Source: a virus
Taxonomy: Duplodnaviria; Heunggongvirae; Uroviricota; Caudoviricetes
Length of the DNA: 13,003 nt
Virus record (IMG/VR): IMGVR_UViG_2654587996_000003
Reading direction: 5' to 3' (one strand)
Under the pieces are notes generated by a model, which ran no database searches, was not told the origin of the DNA, and worked only from the letters and a program-made list of their open reading frames with translations. The position numbers and the translations under genes are program-made. Positions 1 to 6,726 of the stretch are shown here, piece after piece. Position 1 is the first letter of the stretch, and every line of letters starts with the position of its first letter.

Positions 1-1074
1 TCATTTGTTGATTTCAATTTTGTCCCATTCCCGTCCACGGCTGTCCCTATACCGCGCCGCCATTGAATCTGATTTATGCCCGAGAAGACGTTGAGCAAAC
101 TTATCGCCAATCTGGTTCAGGTATAGCCTCGCCGACAGGCTACGCAGTTCATGGAATGTTGGCGGGTCTCCATCAAATGAGAGTCCAGATGCATTTCTCG
201 CTTTTGTAAAATACTTCGATACTGTTTTCGGGGAAAGTGGTTCGTGATGCGTTGATGCAATTATTGTTTCACTGCTGCTGGTCTCCCTGCATTTCTGTAG
301 TGTATCAGCCAATGAGATATTGAGCGCGTCAATCGTTAGCGTCAGCGGAATGGCGAGCTTAGCCCCTGTTTTACTCTGTTCAATGTGAAGATGGTTGTCG
401 TTTATGTCTGACCATTTCATTCTGCACAAATCGCCCACTCTCTGCCCTGTAACGACAGCCAAATCCATTGCCAGCCTCAGCCAGATTGGGAGAGGTTCGG
501 CTGCATGGTAAATCGCGACATACTCATTAGCTGTCAGCCTTGAGCGCCTTACTTCTGACTTTGCTGTGCGGGTTGCTGTTACCGGATTCGTTGCCACATG
601 CCCCTCGGCTATTGCCTCACGAAAAACGTCAACAAGGGTTGACCTGATTAATTTTGCGGAAGCCGCTTTACCTTCTGCTACGTAGGTGTTTAGCATTGCT
701 GCCACCTCTTTCGTTGATATGTCAGCGAGCGGTTTGTCCGGCAATTTTCTTCGGATTGCCCTGATTTTGCTGGCGTAGTCGAGTAGAGTTTTCGGCCTGA
801 TACCCCTCTCGCTGAGGATTGTTTCATATCGGTCAAGCCACGCATGAAGAGTGATTACGTCAGCGCCTTTAATTCTGTCTATCAGTGACTCACGCCTGTT
901 CTCGGATAGTAACTCAATATTGGCCTGAATAGCCTCTGAAACTGCTATCCTTCTGTCTCTGCCTAATCCGAACTCTTTACCCGTCCTTGGGTCCCTGTAG
1001 CAGTAATATCCATTGTTTCTTATATAAAGGTTAGGGGGTAAATCCCGGCGCTCATGACTTCGCCTTCTTCCCAT
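1..1074 (-). CDS. int: Lambda-family tyrosine integrase (Int), apparently intact
   Basis: 357-aa ORF recognisably lambda-type Int (MGRRRSHERRDLPPNLYIRNNGYYCYRDPRTGKEFGLG arm-binding N-terminus). Catalytic residues appear present: R in VVTGQRVGDL, K in EQSKTGAK, H-x-x-R in PTFHELRSL, H in LLGHKSD, Y in AARYRDSRG. 23-nt overlap with xis, as in lambda. Diverged from lambda Int at many positions, so a relative rather than lambda itself. Confidence 0.95.
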   Translation of the reverse strand: MGRRRSHERRDLPPNLYIRNNGYYCYRDPRTGKEFGLGRDRRIAVSEAIQANIELLSENRRESLIDRIKGADVITLHAWLDRYETILSERGIRPKTLLDYASKIRAIRRKLPDKPLADISTKEVAAMLNTYVAEGKAASAKLIRSTLVDVFREAIAEGHVATNPVTATRTAKSEVRRSRLTANEYVAIYHAAEPLPIWLRLAMDLAVVTGQRVGDLCRMKWSDINDNHLHIEQSKTGAKLAIPLTLTIDALNISLADTLQKCRETSSSETIIASTHHEPLSPKTVSKYFTKARNASGLSFDGDPPTFHELRSLSARLYLNQIGDKFAQRLLGHKSDSMAARYRDSRGREWDKIEINK

Positions 1075-1270
1075 TTCTGATCCTCTTCAAAAGGCTACCT
1101 GTTACTGGTCGATTTAAGTCAACCTTTACCGCTGATTCGTGGAACAGATACTCTCTTCCATCCTTAACCGGAGGTGGGAATATCCTGCATTCGCGAACCC
1201 ATCGACGAACTGTTTCAGGGCTTCTTGGGCGTCGCTGGCGTGCGTTCCACTCCTGAAGTGTCAAGTACAT
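1052..1270 (-). CDS. xis: Excisionase Xis
   Basis: 72-aa ORF MYLTLQEWNARQRRPRSPETVRRWVRECRIFPPPVKDGREYLFHESAVKVDLNRPVTG..KRIRNGKKAKS, near-identical to lambda Xis as I recall it; overlaps the int start. Confidence 0.93.
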   Translation of the reverse strand: MYLTLQEWNARQRRPRSPETVRRWVRECRIFPPPVKDGREYLFHESAVKVDLNRPVTGSLLKRIRNGKKAKS

Positions 1271-1294
1271 CGCAAAGTCTCCGCAATTACACGC

Positions 1295-1317
1295 AAGAAA
1301 AAACCGCCATCAGGCGG
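1295..1317 (-). terminator. Putative intrinsic terminator (minus strand) between the 49-aa ORF and xis
   Basis: Plus-strand ccgcc-atca-ggcgg (1304-1317) forms a 5-bp GC stem; on the minus strand it is followed by TTTTTTCTT (complement of 1295-1303). The stop codon of the upstream small ORF lies in the loop. Confidence 0.4.
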
Positions 1318-1459
1318 CTTGGTGTTCTTTCAGTTCTTCAATTCGAATATTGGTTATGTCTGCATGTGCTATCTGCGCCCATATCATCCAGTGGTCATAG
1401 CAGTCATTGATGTTCTCTGCTTCGATAACTCTGTTGAATGGTTCTCCATTCCATTCCAT
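1310..1459 (-). CDS. Small hypothetical protein (49 aa) in lambda-like segment upstream of xis
   Basis: Hand-translated minus-strand ORF MEWNGEPFNRVIEAENINDCYDHWMIWAQIAHADITNIRIEELKEHQAA, open with no internal stop, ending in a hairpin terminator. AGGTGA lies immediately upstream of the ATG, too close for ideal spacing. Below the ORF-track size cutoff. Confidence 0.3.
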   Translation of the reverse strand: MEWNGEPFNRVIEAENINDCYDHWMIWAQIAHADITNIRIEELKEHQAA

Positions 1460-1490
1460 TCACCTGTGACTCGGAAGTGCATTTATCATC

Positions 1491-1520
1491 TCCATAAAAC
1501 AAAACTCGCCGTAGCGAGTT
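1491..1520 (-). terminator. Putative intrinsic terminator (minus strand)
   Basis: Inverted repeat aactcgc-cgta-gcgagtt (1503-1520), 7-bp stem; the minus-strand transcript continues UUGUUUUAUGGA. Confidence 0.3.
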
Positions 1521-1675
1521 CAGATAAAAGAAATCCCCGCGAGTGCGAGGATTGTTATTCATTGTCGATATTTACATTTATTTCGAATATCTTTACTGGG
1601 TAATCGCCAAAGTCATATGTTTTTTATTCTGTTTTATAAGCACTACCAAGTACTGCTTATTACAAATAAGAAAAG

Positions 1676-1709
1676 GCTGAAAAAAATATTTAAGGCCACA
1701 ACTGTGGCC
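1676..1709 (-). terminator. Putative intrinsic terminator downstream of the DUF1311 gene (minus strand)
   Basis: ggccac-aact-gtggcc hairpin (1694-1709) placed 11 nt after the stop at 1720; on the minus strand it is followed by UUAAAUAUUUUUUUC. Confidence 0.45.
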
Positions 1710-1719
1710 CTAAATTTAC

Positions 1720-2418
1720 TTACGGCACTGCGTTAATCAGATTACAAATACCTCTTTTGGCAGGGTCTGAATTCAACTTCTGAAAATTGGCGTTCAACAT
1801 AGCAGTGTGTAAGTGATTCTCAACCTCAAAGAATAGGTCGATTTTGCCCTCTTTGGCTGCCTGTTTCTTCCAAACATTCACTTGGTCATCAGCAATACGA
1901 CTGGCGCAAGTGAACAAGAACGAACTGCCTCTAGGAATGGATGTCGTGCTGTAATACTCACCATCTACTTCTACATATTTAGCTCGGAATGACTCTAAGG
2001 TTAGCTCATTGCCGTTCTTGACCGACTTAGCTTCTGCCTTACTTGTTTCTTCCTGCTCTTCAGAATGTTTCTGCGCCGACGTGGGTATCTCATTGGCCGC
2101 TGTTACGCTGACTGAACTCCCCAAACCGTTGAGGCCATTAATTTGGATAAGATAAGCCAGCTCCAGAGCCTTATTATCAGTGAGTTTTCCACGCATATTT
2201 ACCCACTGACGTTGAACCATTTTTAGGGTGTCTGCGTTCTCTGGGTTTTCTTTGAGGGCACTAGAATAGGCAGAGCTAAGCTGTTCGTCTAATTTTGACA
2301 GACGTTCGTTATCGCAGATTTTATGTTCGATTGCTGTCGAAGCCTTTTGGCAGTCAAAGCTGGCTGCAAATGCACCCGGCGATGCCACTAACAATGATGC
2401 CAGTAGGATATTTTTCAT
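1720..2418 (-). CDS. Secreted protein with N-terminal DUF1311 (LprI-N-terminal-like) domain; C-terminal ~110 aa unknown
   Basis: ORF-track 1720..2445. I place the start at internal ATG 2418 because GGAG sits 8 nt upstream and it yields a classic Sec signal peptide MKNILLASLLVASPGAFA/AS. The mature N-terminus FDCQKASTAIEHKICDNERLSKLDEQLSSAY...QRQWVNMRG fits the C..A.T..E..IC....L..LD..L...Y...Q..W pattern I associate with DUF1311. Confidence 0.7.
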   Translation of the reverse strand: MKNILLASLLVASPGAFAASFDCQKASTAIEHKICDNERLSKLDEQLSSAYSSALKENPENADTLKMVQRQWVNMRGKLTDNKALELAYLIQINGLNGLGSSVSVTAANEIPTSAQKHSEEQEETSKAEAKSVKNGNELTLESFRAKYVEVDGEYYSTTSIPRGSSFLFTCASRIADDQVNVWKKQAAKEGKIDLFFEVENHLHTAMLNANFQKLNSDPAKRGICNLINAVP

Positions 2419-2548
2419 ATTCACTCCATAAATACAAAAGCGCATTACTATAGCACTTAACCGATCGCTTATCTCGCCCGTTCGTCATTCTTATCTAACC
2501 AGAACATGCGGCTGCCACAGCACATGTCGAGGATCGCTGCATGTCCAG

Positions 2549-2716
2549 TCACCGGTTGCCTCCTTTGCGCAATATCGCATTCAGATATTTGTTTTGATTC
2601 ACTGATGGAAACGAGTTTCGCTTAAGTAATTCCTCTCTCGATGGCATTGGCTTTACGCGTTGGCGAATAATCATTTCTGCCGGAAGAATGCCGGGATTGT
2701 ATGCAAGTCCTCTCAT
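2549..2716 (-). CDS. Small hypothetical protein (55 aa), translationally coupled to the upstream 93-aa ORF
   Basis: Hand-translated [55 protein letters not shown]. Its ATG overlaps the TGA of the 93-aa ORF (ATGA at 2713-2716); GAGAG lies ~6 nt upstream. Below the ORF-track size cutoff. Confidence 0.35.
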   Translation of the reverse strand: MRGLAYNPGILPAEMIIRQRVKPMPSREELLKRNSFPSVNQNKYLNAILRKGGNR

Positions 2717-2994
2717 GATTTACTCTCAACGAACTGGTCAATAGCCATGCTAAGTGACATACCTAAAGTTTCGATATGCTGCTGAATATCCTGTAGCGTC
2801 TGCGCCTGAGATAACAGGATTTCACGGTTGCATAACTCTTTAACCAGATGCTCAAACTTGCTGTAATAACCGATACGACTTAGTGTTTCTTTCCCTGCAT
2901 TCTCGCCTTCTTTGATAATTCCTCTTTCGCTAAGAATCAGATCGTGTTTGGTTCCGGTAATAACGTATTTTCCGAGGTCGATGTTTAGCTTCAT
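2713..2994 (-). CDS. Hypothetical protein (93 aa), no family recognised
   Basis: ATG-initiated ORF in the same orientation and tight spacing as flanking genes (16 nt after the 104-aa ORF stop; 4-nt overlap with the next ORF). Confidence 0.5.
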   Translation of the reverse strand: MKLNIDLGKYVITGTKHDLILSERGIIKEGENAGKETLSRIGYYSKFEHLVKELCNREILLSQAQTLQDIQQHIETLGMSLSMAIDQFVESKS

Positions 2995-3010
2995 TGTTAA
3001 TTATTCCATG

Positions 3011-3325
3011 TTAATTTATTCGTATGCCTGCTCTTTCTTCATCGAGTTTTTTTAGCTTGTATCGCATAGCCCTTACTGAATAAATTGAGCGGCAGGTTGC
3101 AATTGCTATTTCTTCTGCGGAGAACTTACCGAAAAGTGATACTTCGGCTCTTGTCCAGCGTCTTCCACGAAGTCGGCTAACAATGTCAGCTCCAATCCTT
3201 GTTGCTTTCGCCATTACTGCTTTTTCAGTCCTTTCCAGTTTTTCAGCGATAACTTCAACTGGCATTGTTGCCGCTACTTCGCACAAGAAATCGACTTCCC
3301 ATTTCTCCCATGGAGTCTTTTTCAT
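3011..3325 (-). CDS. Hypothetical protein (104 aa) with an internal tandem duplication; possibly DNA-binding (speculative)
   Basis: ATG-initiated ORF 12 nt downstream of the Gp157-like gene. Two similar segments, WEKWEVDFLCEVAATMPVEVIAEKLERTEKAVMAKATRIG and WTRAEVSLFGKFSAEEIAIATCRSIYSVRAMRYKLKKL, share a W..(A)EV..(F/L)...(E/V)(V/E)IA.....R....AV/AM pattern. Confidence 0.5.
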   Translation of the reverse strand: MKKTPWEKWEVDFLCEVAATMPVEVIAEKLERTEKAVMAKATRIGADIVSRLRGRRWTRAEVSLFGKFSAEEIAIATCRSIYSVRAMRYKLKKLDEERAGIRIN

Positions 3326-3336
3326 AGTCGATACCG

Positions 3337-3819
3337 TTATTTGATAAGAAGTGAAGGTTTCCCAACTTTGAGTTGAGCGCCGGGGATATTTATTCCTGCT
3401 TTTAGTTGGTGTTTGATTGCCAGTTTGTCGGCTTTAATTGTCGTTTCAAACTCAACGTATTCAGGAGGAAGGGCGCTTGAGTCGATGATTTCTACAGTTT
3501 CTGACGGTTTGCGGATTGTTACTTGGTGAATACCTGCTCGAATCTTTTTCTTGCCAACCATTTCAAGCGATGACGCTATATACGCCATAATGCTGTCAAT
3601 CTTATTTTGAATTACTGCGGCTCGTTCATTCAGTGACTTTGCCTCGTCCTTGAGGCGTTCAGCATAACCAGATTCATTTTTAATAATGGCGAGAAGTTGC
3701 TCTATTTTATCGGTAAATTCTCCTTCCATTCCTTCTATTGTGTCAGCAATCATCTCTGGCTCTAAATCTGAATCCATCAATTTTGCGTATTCATTGGCTA
3801 TTTCATATAGTTTGCTCAC
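3337..3819 (-). CDS. Gp157-like (or Mu-Gam-like) accessory protein of a RecT recombination module
   Basis: ORF-track 3337..3825, where the M is a TTG codon. A better start is GTG at 3819, preceded by GGAGG at 6-nt spacing. Coiled-coil-like N-terminus plus a beta-rich C-terminus, sitting directly downstream of recT; recalled from memory as the siphovirus Gp157 family. Start overlaps the recT remnant stop. Confidence 0.6.
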   Translation of the reverse strand: MSKLYEIANEYAKLMDSDLEPEMIADTIEGMEGEFTDKIEQLLAIIKNESGYAERLKDEAKSLNERAAVIQNKIDSIMAYIASSLEMVGKKKIRAGIHQVTIRKPSETVEIIDSSALPPEYVEFETTIKADKLAIKHQLKAGINIPGAQLKVGKPSLLIK

Positions 3820-4372
3820 TGGCAACCTCCAGTTTCGCTTTGCATTCTATGTAAATGGCTTGTACGTTCTGCTGCAATTTCATTCCAGATGTCAGGCGAT
3901 ATGCTTCTGCAAAATATCGCTTCAAATCATCCATGTTTTCTGCCTGAGCCATTTCATCACAAAGAAGTTGTGCTTTTTCCATTATTTCCTGCTGGCGTTT
4001 CCGTTCATCTTCGCGGATATCTTCCTCTGATTTGTGCGGCATAACTGGTTCCTGATGCATACCTTCATCTTCGTTAAGCAGGTGAATGGCATTATCCAGT
4101 CGCTGGGCTTTAGGCCAGTATTTGCTGGCGCGTTTAACTATGGTTTTACGCGCCATCTCTTCCCAGAATGTCTTCCACGGTCCATTCTTTGCCTTGCTCG
4201 TTGCTTCCACAGCTTTAATTTCTGCCAGACTCATTTCTTCAGTCAGGTAGTCACCATCTGCTGTTTTAACCGTGCAATAACCTCCAACAATAGAGCCTCG
4301 CTCACCAAATGCGTTGTATTTGTGGGTTGGTGCTGAATCAAGGCCATTTGATTCATAGGTGTCGTTTGAGTA
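3803..4372 (-). pseudogene. recT: RecT-family single-strand annealing recombinase, 5-prime truncated (C-terminal ~189 codons only)
   Basis: The ORF-track fragment (3803..4234) contains ..NGPWKTFWEEMARKTIVKRASKYWP.., matching the RecT motif ..NGPWVTHWEEMAKKTAIRRLFKYLP... I hand-extended the frame upstream of the Met (..[35 protein letters not shown]..) and it stays RecT-like until an in-frame stop at 4373-4375. No N-terminal ~150 aa and no start codon. Confidence 0.7.
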
Positions 4373-4488
4373 TCAAAGGCGCATGTGATCAGCTACGGCG
4401 CTGGACATACGCTGGCGGTAAGCAATGGAAAGGGCTGATGACTCGCCGCGAGATTGAGCGTGAAGTCTGTTTGTGGGGGCAACAATGA
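4366..4488 (+). pseudogene. Phage lysozyme (endolysin R, P21/DLP12-type) 3-prime remnant, last ~40 codons only
   Basis: Hand translation of the frame ending at TGA 4486-4488 gives ..[38 protein letters not shown], which I recognise as the C-terminus of P21/RrrD-type lysozymes. The stop overlaps the Rz ATG (ATGA), as in lambdoid lysis cassettes. An in-frame stop at 4357-4359 and the recT-derived sequence lie immediately upstream. Confidence 0.6.
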
Positions 4489-4928
4489 GCAGAGTAACCG
4501 CGATTATCTCCGCTCTGGTTATCTGCATCATCGTCTGCCTGTCATGGGCGGTTAATCATTACCGTGATAACGCCATCACTTACAAAAAGCAGCGTGATAA
4601 GGCCACATCCACAATCGCTGACATGCAGAAGCGTCAACGTGATTTAGCTGAACTCGATGCCAGATATACAAAGGAGCTTGCTGATGCTAACGCGACTATC
4701 GAAAGTCTTCGTGCTGATGTTTCTGCTGGTCGTAAGTGGCTGCACGTCAAAGCAGTCTGTCCGGACAAGCATAAAACCACCGCCGCCTCCGGCGTGGATG
4801 ATGCTTCCAGCCCCAGACTTACTGACACCGCTCAACGGGATTATTTCGTTCTCAGAGAGCGCATCGAAACCATAACTAACCAATTGAATGGCCTGCAAGA
4901 GTATGTGAGATCACAGTGTTCATATTAG
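4485..4928 (+). CDS. Rz: Rz i-spanin (inner-membrane spanin subunit)
   Basis: ORF-track 4473..4928 (GTG). The ATG at 4485 gives [34 protein letters not shown]..., near-identical at the N-terminus to lambda Rz; N-terminal TM helix followed by a coiled-coil region. Confidence 0.9.
4684..4875 (+). CDS. Rz1: Rz1 o-spanin lipoprotein, embedded in the +1 frame of Rz
   Basis: ORF-track 4657..4875. Internal ATG at 4684 gives [20 protein letters not shown]|TSKQSV...KPPPPPAW...TPLNGIIS: lipobox Cys at residue 20, proline-rich mature part, matching lambda Rz1 in length and motifs. Confidence 0.85.
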   Translation: MLTRLSKVFVLMFLLVVSGCTSKQSVRTSIKPPPPPAWMMLPAPDLLTPLNGIISFSESASKP

Positions 4929-4966
4929 AAAAGTCTTATCATAAGATTTTTGTATATGGATGCATT

Positions 4967-5341
4967 ATGTCTCAATACGCGCGCGCCGCTTTAATTGCTT
5001 ATTATTTGGTTGCTGATAATTCAATATCCCCTCGTGATGCATGGGATGCTGCTGTCGCTGAGGTTACAGAAAGCGAATCGGCAAGAAAGAAGGGATGCCC
5101 AAGGGCAACGTTTCTCGCTCTGGCGGATAGCGGTTATCTGAAGAATGTAAAACCACATCATGGGGAGAAAAAGATCGGTAAGTTGTACCAAAGGGCAATT
5201 GAAGTTGCGAATCTGATTCTTGATTTACCCGGAATTAGCAAAGCTGAGCTAGTTGATAAAACTTGCTATAAAGACAGGCAAGGGGCTTATGACATTGCTC
5301 TAACTCTCGCTCAGTGCGGATTACTCCAGCGTCCTCAATAA
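4967..5341 (+). CDS. Hypothetical protein (~124 aa) between the lysis cassette and cos; no family recognised
   Basis: ORF-track 4916..5341 (GTG overlapping the Rz end). First ATG at 4967 gives MSQYARAALIAYYLVADNSISPRDAWDAAVAEVTESESARKKGCPRATFLALADSGYL...; start choice is uncertain. Followed 19 nt later by a hairpin plus T-tract terminator. Confidence 0.5.
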   Translation: MSQYARAALIAYYLVADNSISPRDAWDAAVAEVTESESARKKGCPRATFLALADSGYLKNVKPHHGEKKIGKLYQRAIEVANLILDLPGISKAELVDKTCYKDRQGAYDIALTLAQCGLLQRPQ

Positions 5342-5359
5342 GATATTAAGTGATTTATG

Positions 5360-5383
5360 GCCTCGCTTTTAGCGGGGCTTTTT
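5360..5383 (+). terminator. Putative intrinsic terminator after the 124-aa ORF
   Basis: gcctcgc-tttta-gcggggc (7-bp stem with one G-U pair) followed by TTTTT at 5379-5383. Confidence 0.5.
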
Positions 5384-5770
5384 CATATCTGAATCTCACC
5401 ATGCATATCATCACCTGACTGGAACGTCAGGAGAATTCGTTACGGGGATTCGATAAAGGTATTCAAGCCTGACACATTATGCGCTGTATCGTCGCCGTAT
5501 TCCCGCATTAACCATGACCGTAGCCCGACGGGGAATTCCTTCTGCGCGAGTGTGCGGGAATAATCAAAAACGATGCACACCGGGTTTTTACCGCGTTTAT
5601 GATTCGCGGGTTTGTCCCTCATGCTCGCCAGTCCTGTGCGGGGGTGGAAGAAACAGGACGTGTATTCAGGTCTGTGCGACCGTGGTCGCACGACTTTGGT
5701 CGTTCAGATATTAAATCCCATTGCGAAGTAAACCCGAATTGCTGGCGGGTCCTTTCCGGCAATCCAGAAC

Positions 5771-5965
5771 GTTACGGGGCGGAAGGCGCGCGGGTTTTCG
5801 CTATTTATGAAAATTTTCCGGTTTAAGGCGTTTCCGTTCTTCTTCGCCGTAACTTAATGTTTTTATTTAAAACACCCTCTGAAAAGAAAGGAAACGACAG
5901 GTGCTGAAAACGAGCTTTTTGGCCTCTGTCGTTTCCTTTCTCTGTTTTTGTCCGTGGAATGAACA
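5771..5965. promoter_or_regulatory. cos: Lambda-type cos site: cosN (about 5777-5788) plus cosB with terminase-binding R elements, immediately upstream of Nu1
   Basis: Sequence gttacg GGGCGGAAGGCG CGCGGGTTTTCGCTATTTATGAAAATTTTCCGGTTTAAGGCGTTTCCGTTCTTCTTCG...GAAAGGAAACGACAG...CTGTCGTTTCCTTTC matches the lambda left end and cosB as I recall them, except within the 12-nt cosN core (lambda GGGCGGCGACCT). Inverted R2/R1 CGTTTCC elements are present. Confidence 0.75.
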
Positions 5966-6700
5966 ATGGAAGTCAACAAAAAGCAGCTGGCTGACATTTT
6001 CGGCGCGAGTATCCGTACCATTCAGAACTGGCAGGAGCAGGGAATGCCCGTTCTGCGGGGTGGTGGCAAGGGTAATGAAGTGCTTTATGACTCTGCCGCC
6101 GCCATAAAATGGTATGCCGAAAGGGATGCTGAAATTGAGAACGAAAAGCTGCGCCGGGAAGTTGAAGAACTGCGGCAGGCCAGCGAGACAGATCTCCAGC
6201 CAGGGACTATTGAGTACGAACGCCATCGACTTACGCGTGCGCAGGCCGACGCACAGGAGCTGAAAAATGCCAGAGACTCCGCTGAAGTGGTGGAAACCGC
6301 ATTCTGTACTTTCGTGCTGTCGCGGATCGCAGGTGAAATTGCCAGTATTCTCGACGGGATCCCCCTGTCGGTGCAGCGGCGTTTTCCGGAACTGGAAAAC
6401 CGACATGTTGATTTCCTGAAACGGGATATCATCAAAGCCATGAACAAAGCAGCCGCGCTGGATGAACTGATATCGACTTTCTCCGGGGATTATCTCCGCG
6501 TAACTGACAACAAGGGGAAAACGCACGACGTGCTGACCGGAAGTGATGACGGTCGCCACAGCAACACGTCTCTGACGTGGGGAGCTGGCGTGCAGTTTAA
6601 CCCGACCGAATCCGTGGCCATTGATATTGCTTATGAAGGCTCCGGCAGTGGTGACTGGCGCACTGACGGTTTCATCGTGGGTGTCGGTTATAAATTCTGA
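5966..6700 (+). pseudogene. nu1: In-frame chimera: terminase small subunit Nu1 (residues 1 to ~169) fused to the C-terminal ~75 residues of outer-membrane protein Lom
   Basis: Residues 1-169 (MEVNKKQLADIFGASIRTIQNWQEQGMPVLRGGGKGNEVLYDSAA...NKAAALDELI) match lambda Nu1. From about nt 6474 the protein switches to ..TSLTWGAGVQFNPTESVAIDIAYEGSGSGDWRTDGFIVGVGYKF, the Lom/Ail-family C-terminal beta-strands. A strong terminator follows, as after lom in lambda. Confidence 0.8.
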
Positions 6701-6726
6701 TTAGCCAGGTAACACAGTGTTATGAC

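Noticed and set aside
1139-1603. Plus-strand ORFs 1139..1603 and 1174..1410 overlapping xis and the lambda-like intergenic segment
   Set aside because: Antisense to xis and to the 49-aa minus-strand ORF; they cross hairpin terminators and have no recognisable protein features.
3686-4336. Plus-strand ORFs 3686..4030 and 4034..4336 antisense to the Gp157-like and recT sequences
   Set aside because: Antisense to reading frames with clear homology; hydrophobic low-complexity translations typical of antisense artefacts.
4634-4898. Minus-strand ORFs 4634..4828 and 4644..4898 inside Rz
   Set aside because: Antisense to Rz/Rz1. The real embedded gene here is Rz1, on the plus strand in the +1 frame.
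5440-5826. ORFs 5440..5691(-), 5514..5714(+) and 5599..5826(+) just upstream of cos
   Set aside because: Mutually overlapping, Arg/Cys-rich translations with no RBS or motifs, in a segment that includes the cos-proximal region; most likely non-coding. Not excluded with certainty.
5867-6559. ORFs 5867..6559(-), 5901..6107(+) and 6085..6447(-) overlapping nu1
   Set aside because: Antisense or out of frame relative to the Nu1 coding sequence, which has unambiguous homology. 5867..6559 also runs across cosB.
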